Source of the DNA: Octopus sinensis
Lineage: Eukaryota
Direction: 5' to 3'
DNA length: 64,000 nt
Assembly: GCF_006345805.1 (NCBI RefSeq)
Contig: NC_042997.1
Coordinates: forward strand, 98,828,001 to 98,892,000
Part shown: piece after piece, positions 26,961-40,535 of the stretch
How the letters are laid out: each line of letters begins with the position of its first letter
How positions within the stretch are numbered: the stretch's first letter is position 1
Notes under the pieces: generated by a model
What the model saw: only the letters and a program-made list of their open reading frames with translations
What the model was told of the DNA's origin: nothing
Databases searched by the model: none
Position numbers and translations under genes: made by a program

Positions 26961-27011
<51 letters not shown>

Positions 27012-27054
27012 ACTAATATTTTTATTATTATTATTATCATTATTATTATTATTA

Positions 27055-27407
27055 TGAATATTATTTCAGATACACAGGAAAAAGTCATTCAAATTAGATT
27101 TACTAAAATGAACATCTCTCCATGTTTAATTCGTATATATAAAAGTAGTTTTAGAGACAGAACCACCTTCAACTCAATAAACAATGAACGATTTTATACC
27201 CGACCACCTCATAAAATGTTAAAAATTAAATATTATACTACCTATATCTATTCTGAATCCCGTCTTTTAAACGGAAAATACGGGATTCAGAATAGATATA
27301 GGTAGTATAATATTTAATATTTAACATTTTATGGAGTGGGTGGGTATAAAATCTTTCAGTGTTGATTGAGTTGAAGGTGGTTCTGTCTCTAAAACTACAT
27401 ATATATA
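27055..27407. repeat. Palindromic element Y copy 4 (duplicate of copy 3)
   Basis: Part of the 2.46-kb duplication. Confidence 0.85.
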
Positions 27408-28808
27408 TAGAATAACTTCGAAAGGTTTTGGCCAGTATTGGCCCGGGCCATGTCTAACTTAATAGCACCACCTGGCGAAATCTTTCAATTCAGGATTTGG
27501 GCACCAAGGCTCATTCGAGCAGAGAGTTATTGTTTGAGGAGACATATCCGGGTGTAGGTGGTTTCTCCGGGACCGTTTGAAGGAATTTGTCCAAAGACTT
27601 CTTGAATTTTGTGTGGTCAGTTTCTGTTTTGACTTGTCCTGGTGTAATGTTGAAGAGAGCGGGTCCAATTGAGGTGAAATAATTGTGCCGTATTGTTGTT
27701 ATGAGATGCGATTTAGATTTTTGTTGTGGACGAATGGCACGGGGTCCAAGCCTTGGATGTATTTTGAAGGTGATACCAACATCATTTGGACAGTGCTGAT
27801 GGAATATTTTCCACATCATACAGATAATTTAGCGTTCACAGCGTCGTTGGAGTAAATACAGTTTCAGCTTTTCCAGTCGACCCCAGTAGTCGAGGTCTGA
27901 CATACCATCTATCTATTTCGTGATTGACCTTTGGGGAGCTTCAACTTTCATAATATTCCGTTTCGTGTAGGGAGACCACAGTGGACAGCAGTATTCAAGG
28001 TGAGGTCAGGCAAAAGTGGAGAAGAGAAGGATAATGGTGTGGGAATCTCTCGACTGGAAGGTTCTGAGAATCCAGGAGCACATCTGCGGGTCATGTCAAC
28101 TTTGCTGCTTATATGTGTAGCCCAGCTTATGTTGTTGTCCACAGTTATTCCCAAGTCTCTGATGTTGTTAGACGCCATGAGAATTTCACCAGAAGGAAGG
28201 GAGTATGGGAGTTTCAGAGCGTCCTCCCTTCCAAAGTGGATCAATTCGAATTTGTCTTCGTTTAGCAACATGTTGTTCTTTTCCGCCCATTGGACAACAG
28301 CCAGTAGGTCTGACTGAAGATTTATCGATCATTCACGCCATTGATGACCTTCTGGAGCTTGGAATCATCAGCGAAGATTCTGATGTTACTGTGTTTGATG
28401 ATGTCAGTGATGTCATTAATGTAGATGATGAAGAGAAGTGGGCCCAACACAGTGCCTTGTGGGACACCACTACTGACTTTGGCTGGGCTGGATTTGACTC
28501 CGACTACAACATGTTGGGCTTTGTTAGACAGGAAGCACTTGATCCACTTCAGCAGCTTTCCAGTGACACCAATATTGGACAGCTTTCTCAAAAGGATCTT
28601 ATGATCAACCCTGTCAAAGGCCTTGCAGAAATCAAGGTAGATAACATCAGTGTTTGAACCCTCTCCCAAGGCTCTCAAAATGTCATCGAAGTGATGCAGT
28701 AGCTGCGTCAAGCAATCCCTTCCATTACGGAATCCATGCTGGTTGGAGTTCAGTATATTATGACTCTCAAGGAAGTGAGTCATACGCGATTTCACCACTC
28801 TCTACTCC
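27408..28808 (-). mobile_element. Duplicate of the CR1/L2-group LINE with an extra frameshift
   Basis: tttatccgatc in copy 1 is tttatcgatc near 28325, splitting the 283-aa ORF into 158 and 107 aa pieces. Confidence 0.92.
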
Positions 28809-28815
28809 ACTACTA

Positions 28816-28868
<53 letters not shown>

Positions 28869-29101
28869 GGTTCCGGGTTGAGTCGGGGTTAACCACAGTA
28901 AATAAGGTACTCAATACATAGCAGAGTAAATTAATTTATTTTATAGAAGGAGCTTCTACAGGACTAGAACTGTTAGCTCCTTCTATAAAATAAATTTAAA
29001 TATATATATATATATATTATATATATATAGATAGATAGATAGTAGATAGATAGATAGATAGAAGATAGATAGATGATAGATAGATATAGATATAGATACA
29101 T

Positions 29102-29136
<35 letters not shown>

Positions 29137-29199
29137 CGTGTGTGTGTGTGTGTATGTATATACATATATATTTACATATATATTTACATATATATTTAC

Positions 29200-29235
<36 letters not shown>

Positions 29236-29314
29236 ATAATATATATATACACATATATATATATACATATGTTTATTCATATATATATAAATACATGCAT
29301 GTATGTATATATGT

Positions 29315-29389
<75 letters not shown>

Positions 29390-29519
29390 TATAATATATA
29401 TATATATTATATATATATATATATATATATTATGTATATATATATAAAGTAAATAATAAAAGATGAAATATTTATATACATATATATCTTATCTTTTTTC
29501 ATTTACTTTTTAGACAAAC

Positions 29520-29581
29520 AGACACAGACAGATAGACAGAAAGGCAGACAGACAGACAGACAGACAGATAGATAAACAGAC

Positions 29582-29672
<91 letters not shown>
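29520..29672. repeat. (GACA)n/(GATA)n microsatellite
   Basis: Directly visible. Confidence 0.95.
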
Positions 29673-30595
29673 CACTTTTTTGTTATGTTTTAATATTTGT
29701 ATTGATTTTCCTTTTCGACAAGCCATAGAAATTCTCAGATAAAAATAAATATATGTGCGTGTTCGTGCGTGTGTATATGTGTGGGTGGGTGTATGCTATA
29801 TGATTTGATAGTAACTATTTCTGAGTAATTTCCTTGAAATTGTCAAACATTCTTATAGCTGAATCACTTAAAGTAGTTAATGGAAGAGTGTATCAGGTAT
29901 TTTCCTCTATCGTTTTTACTAACACTCTTAGCAAATAGTACAGCATCTTAGTAAATTTCGCATAGGCTAAATATATTTTCTACGTGGCTTTTATATATCT
30001 TGTTATACTGAAGAGGTACATCGTTTATGCTTTTATTTTCTTCTTTTTTTTTATTTTATTAGTATTTCATCTCACCATCGATACTACTGCTGATTTTGAT
30101 AGAGAAAGAGAGAATGATACATTTTCATTTTACACACCTATTTTCCTCATATAAAGTATCAGACCGCGTGTCAATTTGGAAAAATCAATAGATTTTCTTA
30201 GTTCGTATTCTGCTGCTTGGCACCAGTAAACAAGGACAAAATTAATTCCTACGAAATCGTGAACAGTTAGAACAAATATTGGAAAGTTGCCACCTTGGAA
30301 AATATACTAATATTCCCTAGAAACATATAAGTATTGTTAACTTCTGTGAGCAGTGCGCTGCTCTATATGTCTATAATGATATTACTACACATAGTATTAT
30401 CATATTGTATACTCATCTATGTACATTGCATCTCTATAAAACACGGAATATGTGAAAGAATCAAAACACATATTTCACAATCACAATTTCACAAAACTGC
30501 TTATAATAACTAATGAATTAGTAACTGAACAATTAATGATGTTAACGACAGGAATAACAAGAACAAAGAGCAGTAACAACAGCAACAATGATAAT

Positions 30596-31968
30596 GGTTT
30601 CAAATTTAGTTACCGGGTCCAGTAGTTTTGAGGGTAGTGAATACGTTGATTACATCGATTCCAGTACTTGACTGGTACTTATTTTATCAAACACGAAAAG
30701 ATGAATGGCAAAGTAGACCTCGCTGGAATCTGAACTCATTTGCCGAGCATGCTAAGGATTCTGCCAACTCGCCGCATAAGCTAATAATCCTTTCTACTAT
30801 AGACACAGGTCCTGAAATTTGTGGGAGTTGTGTAATCGATTATATCGACTCCGGTTCTCAATTGGTACTTATTTAATCGATCCTGAAAGGATGAAAGGCA
30901 AAGTCAACCTCGGCGGAATTTGAACTCAGAACGTGGAGACAGATAAAATACCGCTAAGCATTTAGCCCAGCGTGCTAATGATTCAGCCAGCTCACCGTCT
31001 TAGCTATAGGAGTAACAATAATATTATTTATTTATTTATTTATTTATGCGCCCTTTTCAAGCTCATGGGCCCGGTTTCCCGGTTTCCCGGTTTCTATGGC
31101 ATATGTGTTCCCCACATCTGGACGGGACGCCTGTCCATCGCAGCGTTACGCAAGAAACAGGAAGAAAGAGTGAGAGAAAGTTGGGGCGAAAGAGTACAAT
31201 AGGAGTCGCCACCACCCCCTACCGGAGACTCGTGGAGCTTTAGGTGTTTTTGCTCAATAAACACACACAACACCCGGTCTGGGAATCGAAACCGCGATCC
31301 TCCGACCGCTAGTCCACTGCCCTAATCACTGGGCCATTTGCCTCCATAACAATAATATTGGTTTCAAATTTTGACAAAAGGCCAACACTTTTGAGGAAGA
31401 GGCCAAGTCGATTAAACCGACCTAGTGCTTAAGTGACACTTATTTTATTGACTTCAAAAAGGATGAAGATCAAAATTTGAACTCCGATGCAGAGACGGAA
31501 AAGATGTCGCTAAGCATTTTGTGCGGCTTGCTAATGATTCTGACAGCTCGCCGCCTTTGGTGTCATAATAACATTGATTTCAAATTTTGGTACACAGCCA
31601 GCAATTTTGGGGGAGGGAAAAGTTGATTACATCGATCCTAGTGTTCAACTGATACTTATTTTATAGACCCCGAAAGGTTGAACGGCGAAATCGGCCACAG
31701 CGGAATTTGAACTCGGAACGTGAAGACGGACGAAATACCTATTTCTTTACTACCCACAAGGGGCTAAACACAGAGAGGACAAACAAGGACAGACAAACGG
31801 ATTAAATCGATTATATCGACCCCAGTGCGTAACTGGTACTTAATTAATCGACTCCGAAAGGATGAAAAGCAAAGTCGACCTCGACGGAATTTGAACTCAG
31901 AACGTAACGGTAGACGAAATATGGCTACACATTTCGCCCGGCGTGCTAACGTTTCTGCCGCCTTTGGA

Positions 31969-32031
<63 letters not shown>

Positions 32032-32830
32032 TAATATGGTTTCAAGTTTTGGCAAAAGACCATTAATTTGAGGGGAGGGGTAATTCGATTATATCGTCTC
32101 CAGTACTTTGCTGGTACTTGTTTTATCGACCTCGAAAGGATGAAAGGCAAAGTCGTCCCCGGCAGTATTTGAACTCAGATCGTAAAGACGGACGAAATGC
32201 CGCTAAGCATTTTCCCGATGTGCTAACGATTCTGCCAGCAATTATATTAAAGGATAGATATGTTTGTTACTCCGACAGCTAAGGAGGCGTTCCGGCAGAA
32301 TCGCTAGCACGCCGGTCCAAGTGGTATTTCGTCTGTCGTTACGTTTTGAGTCCCAATTCCGCTGAGATCGACTTTGTCTTTCCTTCTTTACGGATCGATA
32401 AAGTAAGTACCAGTTGAACACTGGACTCGATGTAATCGGCTCATTCCCTCGCCGAACTTTCTGGCATTGCACCAAAATTTTAAAACGATATCTAAAAATA
32501 GATAAAATCGATTTCCTAAATTCCGCTATTTACCGGTAAGCATTTTGTCCGGTGTACAAATGATCTTCCCAGCTCGCCATCCTACTACTACTAATACAAC
32601 AAGTAAGAAGAAGAATAGTTTCAAATTTTGCCACAAGAGCAGCAATTATGGGGGAGAGGGTGAGTCGATTACATCGACCTCAGTGTTTAACTAGTACTTA
32701 TTTCATCGACCTGGGGGAAGGGATTAAGTCGATTAGATCGACTCCAGTATGCAACTGGTACTTAATTTATCGATCCCGAAAGGATGAAAGGCAAAGTCGA
32801 CTCAGAACGTAGCAGTAGACGAAGTATCAG
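30596..32830. mobile_element. Cluster of about 8 SINE-C copies, mostly on the minus strand
   Basis: Recurring gatgaaaggcaaagtcgacctcggcggaatttgaactc motif near 30700, 30890, 31460, 31680, 31860, 32140 and 32790; one + copy near 32260-32490. Confidence 0.85.
31046..31345 (-). mobile_element. tRNA-derived SINE-D with (TAAA)n tail
   Basis: Minus strand box A tggcccagtgattagg and box B ggtttcgattcc; tail at 31025-31046. Confidence 0.75.
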
Positions 32831-32929
32831 TAGACGAAGTGGACAGATGATGAGCAAAAAGTGTTGCACAAGATGCAAAAAAAAATCCATTATCCACGTG
32901 GGGATCGCCTACACATGAAGAAAACAAAT

Positions 32930-33562
32930 GGAGGGGTATGGAGGCTGATAAGTGTGGAAGACTTAAGGATGGGGAGGAGGAGGATGCAGAGGAGGAGGGA
33001 AGAAGGAGGAAGAAGAAGAAGAAAGGAGGAATGGGAAGGGAGGAGGAGGAAGAAGAAGAAGAAAGGAGGAGGAGGAGGAGGAATGGGAAGAAGGAGGAAG
33101 AAGAAGAAGGAAGGAGGAATGGGAAGGGAGGAGGAGGAGGAGCAGGAAGTAGAAGAAGAAAGGGGAGGAGGAGGAGGAAGAAGAAGAAGCAAGGGGGAGG
33201 AGTAGGAAGAAGAAAGGAGGAGGAGGAGGAGAAGGTGGAGGAGGAAGAAGAAAGGAGGAGGAGGAAAAAGAAGAAGGAGAAGAAAGGAGGAGGTGGAGGA
33301 GGAGAAGAAGGAAGAAGAAGAAGAAGAAGAAAGGAGGAGGAGGAGGAAGAAGAAGAAGAAGAAAGGAGGAGGAGGAGGAGAAGGTGGAGGAGGAAGAAGA
33401 AGAAGAAGAAAGGAGGAGGAGGAAGAAGAAGAAGAAGAAGAAGAAGAAGAAGAAGAAGAAGAAGAAAGGAGGAGGAGAAGAACAAGAAGAAGAACAAGAA
33501 GAAGAAGAAGAAGAAGAAGAAGAAGAAGAAGAAGAAAAAGAAGAAGAAAGGAGGAGGAGGAG
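32930..33562. repeat. About 630-bp polypurine (GAA/GGA) tract
   Basis: Directly visible; almost pyrimidine-free on the + strand. Confidence 0.95.
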
Positions 33563-33579
33563 TAGATATCGGTTTAGAT

Positions 33580-36521
33580 TAGTGGTTTTCAACCAGGGTT
33601 CCGCCAGTACAGTCCAGGGGTTCCGCAAGAGTTACATAAATGCTAAACTCGACAGTAATTTTTAATTCTTCTGTGCAGATATCTATGTACATGTTAGGCA
33701 TATGTGTACATCTACGATTTGCACGCCAGTGTAGATGACCCTGATCCTCAGTGTGTATATGTAGGCCTACGACGTGTACAACTACTAGTTACTCGCCAGC
33801 GTAGATGACCCTGATCCTTGGTGTGTACATGGACGTACACATCTATGAGTTGCATGCCAGCTTAGGTGATGGTTTAGTTTCTTTTGTAAAATACGAGTGA
33901 CTATATTTGGAAGAAACATTTTAACTGCATAAGCCATTTAGGTGTTGTGTTAATACGCCTTTTAAAAGATCTTTAGCTTTTGAAAAGGCGTTTTTGAAAA
34001 ACTTTTTTCTTGTATGACGTCTATTAATATTTGGTCAAATGTTAAGATTAAAAAATTCGAAAGAGAGTTGAATTACATATGTAGGAAAAAATAAGAAATA
34101 GGGAGACTGATACTTTTATAAGATATGTAAATATGCATAAATATTAATTCCTTACAAATTTCTAAATTAGAACAAGGAACAAATACACGACATTTTAAAT
34201 TCAAATTGGAAGATCTATTTTATTATTATATGCATATTGTTTAAATATAATCAAATACCTATTAGTAAAAAAAACATTAATAAAAAAGCTAACTTTTACA
34301 TCATTAAACACGCTACACTTTAAAGATCATTTTGTCCTGCCACTATTAGGTTTGCTTTTATACATATACAATTCTGCTTACAGCCTTACAAGTATGGATA
34401 GATTTCTGAAAAAACGTAAGTTAGATACAGATGAAGAGAGGCAGGGTCTGAGGCAGTCTGTTGACGCTGCAGCCACTGCCAGTGGTGCTGCTTCGTCTAA
34501 ATTACCAAGAAATGATGGGATTAACTTGCAACTAAAAGTTCGTCAATATTGTGAAAACTACATAGCTCTGGGATTTACTTGGACTGGAAACCCAGACTGC
34601 CCTTCACCTTTGTGCACTGTTTGTGGGGAGAAGCTGGCTAATAGTGCTATGGCACCAGCCAAACTGAAACAACACTTAACAACTAAACATCCAGAGTTGT
34701 CAGGCAAAAATAACAATATTTTAAAAGAGAATTGGCATTTAATAAAAGGCATTTCTATTTTGCCAAAAAGTTCAAGTTGAGTGACAAAGGACAAGAAGCA
34801 AGTTATGCTGTGGCCGAGATAGTTGCAAGAAAAATGAAATCTCATACCATCGCTAAAACTGTAATTTTACCTGCATGCCAGGAAATAGTGAGGATAATAT
34901 TTGGAGAGGATGCTGTATCAGAGCTAAATAAAATTCCACTTTCTGACAACACAATAAGTAGGCCCATTCAAGACATATCAGGAGACATTGAGTGCAATAT
35001 TAAGTCAAAAATACTGAAACATAAGTTGTTTGCACTTCAAGTTGATGAGAGTACAGACATCACTGGTAAATCACAGCTCCTTGTATTTGTTCGTTTTATT
35101 AATGATGAAGTTATTGTAGAAGACGTCCTGTGTTGCAAAGAGTTGCCAGAAACAAGAAAAGGACAAGATGTATTTGGTGTTTTGAATTCATATTTAGAGT
35201 ATTGTGGATCGAACTGGAAAACCTACGTTGACAGGATGTCTTAAAGGCTTTGTCCCAATCGCACAAAAGCAAAATCCAAATATTATCCATATTCATTGTT
35301 TCATTAATAGAGAAGCACTAGTTGCTAAAACTCTTGGACCTGAACTAAAATCTACATTGGATATGGTAGTGAAAATAGTTAACTACATCAAGATGAGGCC
35401 ACTTAAATGCCGACAGTTTGCGAAACTTTTTGTGGGTATGGAAGCAGGCCATTCCACCTTAATCCAGCACACAGAAATTCGATGGTTGTCAAGGGGAAAA
35501 GTATTGTCTCGTTTTTACGAATTAAGAGAAGAGTTATTGACCTTTTGTTTGCAAGAAAACCTGAAAGACTTTGTAGAATGTTTGAGTGATGACCATTGGT
35601 GTTCCAAGTTAACATATCTTGCCGATTATTTCATGAGCTAAACCTCTTGAACAATGGCATGCAGGGCAAGAACGAAAAATTCTTGTCTTCTACAGACAAA
35701 ATAAATGCTTTTCAGAAGAAATTGACAATATGGAAGAAACGCATAGCTGCAGGAAATTTGGAAATGTTTCCAAGTGTTTTTAAAAGGAATTGTCAAGAAA
35801 TTGCGCTACTGATTTTGAACCATTTGCACACTTTGTTAACAAATCTTGACAAGTATTTTCCATCGATATCTGTTGACCAGTATGACTGGATTAGAAACCC
35901 ATTTGTGGAATTTGAGCCATTTGAAGAACAGTTCACTTTAACAGAAGAACTTGCCAGTGTTTTAAATGACAGAACATTAAAGTTGAAGCATTCTGAGCTT
36001 AACCTGAATGCATTTTGGTTGCTGGTTGAAAAGGAATATCCTGCAATTGCCCAGAAAGCGCTGCGACTTATTGTGAAGTTTTCAACCTCCTACTAGTGTG
36101 AATTTGGATTTTCAACCATCAAGCACAAGAAGCGAGCACAATTGCTGTCTGTGGAAGATGGACTTCGTGTGTGTCTATCAAAAACACGACCCAATCTTAA
36201 AGAGTTGTGCAAGAAACACCAGGCTCAAGTTTCTCATTGAGTTTTTGATGTGAATAAATGTAATCTATTCAAACTAAATATTTTTTTTAATACATGTTTT
36301 AATAATAACGGTAGATGCAAGAATAAAATTGCATATGTACGTGACAATTTGTTTACAGTTTGTGTTTTTATTGTAAATAAATCTGAACATGAGTATTTTC
36401 ATTTCATTAATTAAATGCTGTTTTTTGCATAAGACAATTAAATTATTGCACAGGGGTTCCTCGAGCCAGTGGAATGTTTCCTTGGGGTTCCGCTCCAGCA
36501 AAAAGGTTGAAATGTACACTT
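33580..36521 (+). mobile_element. hAT DNA transposon (Charlie/Buster-like), non-functional
   Basis: Left TIR tagtggttttcaacc, degenerate right TIR ggttgaaatgtacact, ggggttcc subterminal motifs; no clear 8-bp TSD. Confidence 0.85.
34394..36240 (+). pseudogene. Frameshifted hAT transposase
   Basis: MDRFLKKRK; BED finger C..C...HLTTKH; FALQVDESTD; HCFINREAL; EIRWLSRGKVL; TSY*CEFGFS; split across four ORFs. Confidence 0.93.
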
Positions 36522-37422
36522 AATATGTAGATGAAAGGCTGATATTTATTAAAGGGTGATGCAGTTGTCTCCCTTATGACTAAATTTATATCTGTTGTAG
36601 TTCAAACAGCATGTTATACTTTCCGTATATATATATTTATTTACGTGCACTGAACGTTCTTCACATAAGAAAAAAAACAATATTGATTTCTTATTTAAGC
36701 CGACAGCTACAAGTTAGAAGGATGCAAGCGAAATTTATTCACTTCTATGTCTTCTATTTTTTCTAACAAGCAGCTGAAATGTGTTTCGTAGTTGTACTTC
36801 TTTGTTTACTTGATCTGAGATAGTATTTTGGATATGAAACTGCATCAGAAAAATCTATTGGTAATTATTTAAAGTACAGACACATAAACACAAGATAGTT
36901 GTTCTTAAAAAGCTTGCTTTGCAATAATTTGCTTTCAGGTTTCTCTCCCACAGTGCGGCATCTTTTGCAAGTGTTTTCTCTTACAGACACTGTCAAGTGA
37001 ATTCGGTAGATGGAAAAGGCAAAATCGAACACGGCGGACGAAATGCCACAGAGCATTTTGTCCGAAGTTCAGTCGATTCTGCCTGCTAACTGCCTTATCA
37101 AACTTCTAATGATAATTGTAACGTAGTTTCAAGATCTTATATTTTGGAGACAGGGTCAATCGATTAAATCGCACCCCAGTATTCAAGGAAAGGACGAAGA
37201 TAAAGTTGATTGCAGTAGTATTTGAAATAGCACAATCTTTATGATTATGATACTTATTATCTTAGCCAAAATTTCTAGTATCGGTATATATGCAAGTGTG
37301 TGTGTGTGTGTTTGGGTTTTCTCAGCATATCAAACAATTAGTAGCGCTTTAACACACGTATTGGGACTCTTAAATAAATAATATATATTTCTCACCAGAT
37401 GGAGTCCTTTTTTTATTGAATT

Positions 37423-37473
<51 letters not shown>

Positions 37474-37474
<1 letters not shown>

Positions 37475-38259
37475 TAAGAAAGGGCTAAAGAAGATATTTC
37501 TAAAGCCAATATACTGATTATCCACTTATAATCCACTTGCTACAGGAAAAATTGAACTGAAAATCGGGCAACTAACCTTTAGAAAATTTAAATTTCGTTA
37601 TCTCTATATTGAATCAATTTCGGAATTAATCCTATAAAGGATACATTCTTCGTCAGTAGTGCTTACGAGGGAATATAAATAAAATACTCACATGCGTTTA
37701 TGGAAAAAGCAGAAGCTAAAAACATAACTACATTTAAGTACATCATTTATATCTAAAAATAAAAATTCCTTGGTCAGTCTCAGAACAACCTGTTGACTTT
37801 TCGCCGCTACATATTGTAATGGTTACCAGTCCCCCTGTAAGCAAGCAGTGATGAGTTTACTACTAACAAATATAGGATGAAGCCCCTTTCTCTACAGAAA
37901 AGAATTCCATCAGGAAGCGTGGCAGTATATTAAAAAAAAACCTTTACGGTTGAAATATGAATATCTTATAAGAAAGGGCTAAAGAAGATATTTCTAAAGC
38001 CAATATACTGATTATCCACTTATAATCCACTTGCTACATGAAAAATTGAACTGAAAATCGGGCAACTAACCTTTAGAAAATTTAAATTTCGTTATCTCTA
38101 TATTGAATCAATTTCTGAATTAATTTTTAGATATAAATGATGTACTTAAATGTAGTTATGTTTTTAGCTTCTGCTTTTTCCATAAACGCATGTGAGTATT
38201 TTATTTATATTCCCTCGTAAGCTCTACTGACGAAGAATGTATCCTTTATAGGATTAATT
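37474..38259. repeat. Direct plus inverted duplication (A-B-x-A-inverted B)
   Basis: A = 37474-37630 and 37968-38124 (157 bp); B = 37624-37760, reverse complement at 38123-38259 (137 bp). Confidence 0.9.
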
Positions 38260-38699
38260 AATTCTTACATAATTGACATCCGAGACTATAAAAGGAATCA
38301 CACCCTCAAATCATATTCTACACAGATGCAACACACTACACAGACCACAGCTCAACCCTAAAACCACATACCAGCAATTACACAACACAAACAAAACACA
38401 TGATCTAGCAACGTATCGCAAATCACATTGCACGTACTCAGCAGATGTTAAAATAGCAGTAGAAACAACATACAATAAAAAGAAATTTCACATACCACAA
38501 AAGTGTGTAAACTCTTCCGTTATATGAAGTCGTACATGATGAAACCGTAAAAATACGCTTAAAACTGATAATAATTGATAATCGTAAAACTTGATGGTAA
38601 ATGATAATCGTAAGAATATAGAAACCTAATACAAATATTTACAATAATATTCAAACAAACGAATTGTTTCCTCTCTTCAATGAAGCTCACAAATGGGAA

Positions 38700-39130
38700 A
38701 CAAAAGCTGGAATAACAGATTTGTGGGAAGAGAATGGAGAAACTATAAAATATATTTGTGAAGAGTTATATATAAACAAAAGTTGGTACTAAGACTTAAA
38801 GACCATCACCTACAAATAACTGAACAGGGTGAAAATTGACAAATCAAAATTGCCACACTGAATGAGAAATGTAGAACTCGAAGCTGAGACTGGAGGATTT
38901 CTGATTGCGATACTGAATCGGAGCCTTCCCGCAAGAAACCATGAAGCAGAATACATTAACTTCAGAGTGTGTGGAATATATGAAGAAAAAACCCATATCG
39001 TCTTGGTTTGTCCAGGATAAGTCAGCCAAGAAAGAATACGATTACCGGCATGGCGCAATTATCGTTTACATATACTGGAAGTTATGTCAAATATCTGTGA
39101 CACAACTTGAAAATTGCTGGTATAAACATA
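38700..39130 (+). mobile_element. Highly degenerate R4/Dong-like LINE 3' fragment
   Basis: AETGGFLIA...SLPARN...CG...HIVLVCP..AKKEYDYRHG..IYWKLC parallels the ORF at 18119-19516. Confidence 0.7.
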
Positions 39131-39554
39131 TATATTTTATATTTTGCTTGTTTCAGTTATCGGACTGCTGCCATGCTGAAGTACCACCTTGAAAAGTTTT
39201 AGTCGAACCAATCGATGCCAGTACTTATGATTTTTGATTTTTTTTTTTTAATCCGATACTAATTTTATTGGTTTCTGAAGTCGAACCATTAAACTATGGT
39301 AAACAAAAAACAAAAAGGAAAGAAACACCGGTTGTCAAGCGATGGAGGGTAACACTAAGGCGCACACAGACATATATATATATATATATATATAACTATG
39401 TCATTGTAAGAAAAAAAAATTATAATATTCTTCAGACATATTGACTCAAATATATATTTTTTAACCTTTTAAAACAAGCCATCTGTAGTTTTTTCACATT
39501 TTACTATTTTACTATCTTCTAGTAGAAAACCACGTGCTTTCACAAACCAACTTT

Positions 39555-39608
<54 letters not shown>

Positions 39609-39654
39609 TCAATAAATGGTGGGGTTGTGTTGACCGCACGTGGAGAAATGATAA

Positions 39655-39810
39655 GTAAGGAAAAATTTTTTTTTAAATGCAGAATGCTCAAATGAAAGAA
39701 AATTTTAATAAAATGAGAAATTGATAAAATATATAATATATATTTATTCAACCGGTTTTCGTCATTGTATAACTTGTCTGACAAGTCATACAATGACGAA
39801 AACCGGTTGA

Positions 39811-39845
<35 letters not shown>

Positions 39846-39873
39846 GATATATATATATTATATATATATATAT

Positions 39874-39944
<71 letters not shown>

Positions 39945-40145
39945 ATATAATATAATATAATATATATATAGTAAGGAAAAATTTTTTTAAAAATGCAGAA
40001 TGCTCAAATGAAAGAAAATTTTAATAAAACGAGAAATTGATAAAATATATAATATATATTTATTCAACCGGTTTTCATCATTGTATGACTTGTCTGACAA
40101 GTCATACAATGACGAAAACCGGTTGAATATATATATATATATAAT

Positions 40146-40207
<62 letters not shown>

Positions 40208-40238
40208 TATACATATATAATATATATATATATATAAT

Positions 40239-40292
<54 letters not shown>

Positions 40293-40535
40293 AGGAAACA
40301 TTTTTTTTTAAATTCAGAATGCTCAAATGAAAGAAAATTTTAATAAAATGAGAAATTGATAAAATATATAATATATATTTATTCAACCGGTTTTCGTCAT
40401 TGTATGACTTGTCAGACAAGTCATACAATGACGAAAACCGGTTGAATAAATATATATTTATATATTTTATCAATTTCTCATTTTATTAAAATTTTCTTTC
40501 ATTTGAGCATTCTGCATTTAAAAAAATTTTTTCCT

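Larger units (their letters stand above)
24440..29350. repeat. Near-identical tandem duplication, period about 2463 bp
   Basis: ORF pairs 24995/27459, 25467/27931 and 26191/28654 have identical translations; copies differ by scattered 1-bp indels. Confidence 0.95.

Noticed and set aside
39776-39813. Active hammerhead in unit Z
   Set aside because: Core is CUGACAA rather than CUGANGA and the cleavage triplet ends in G.
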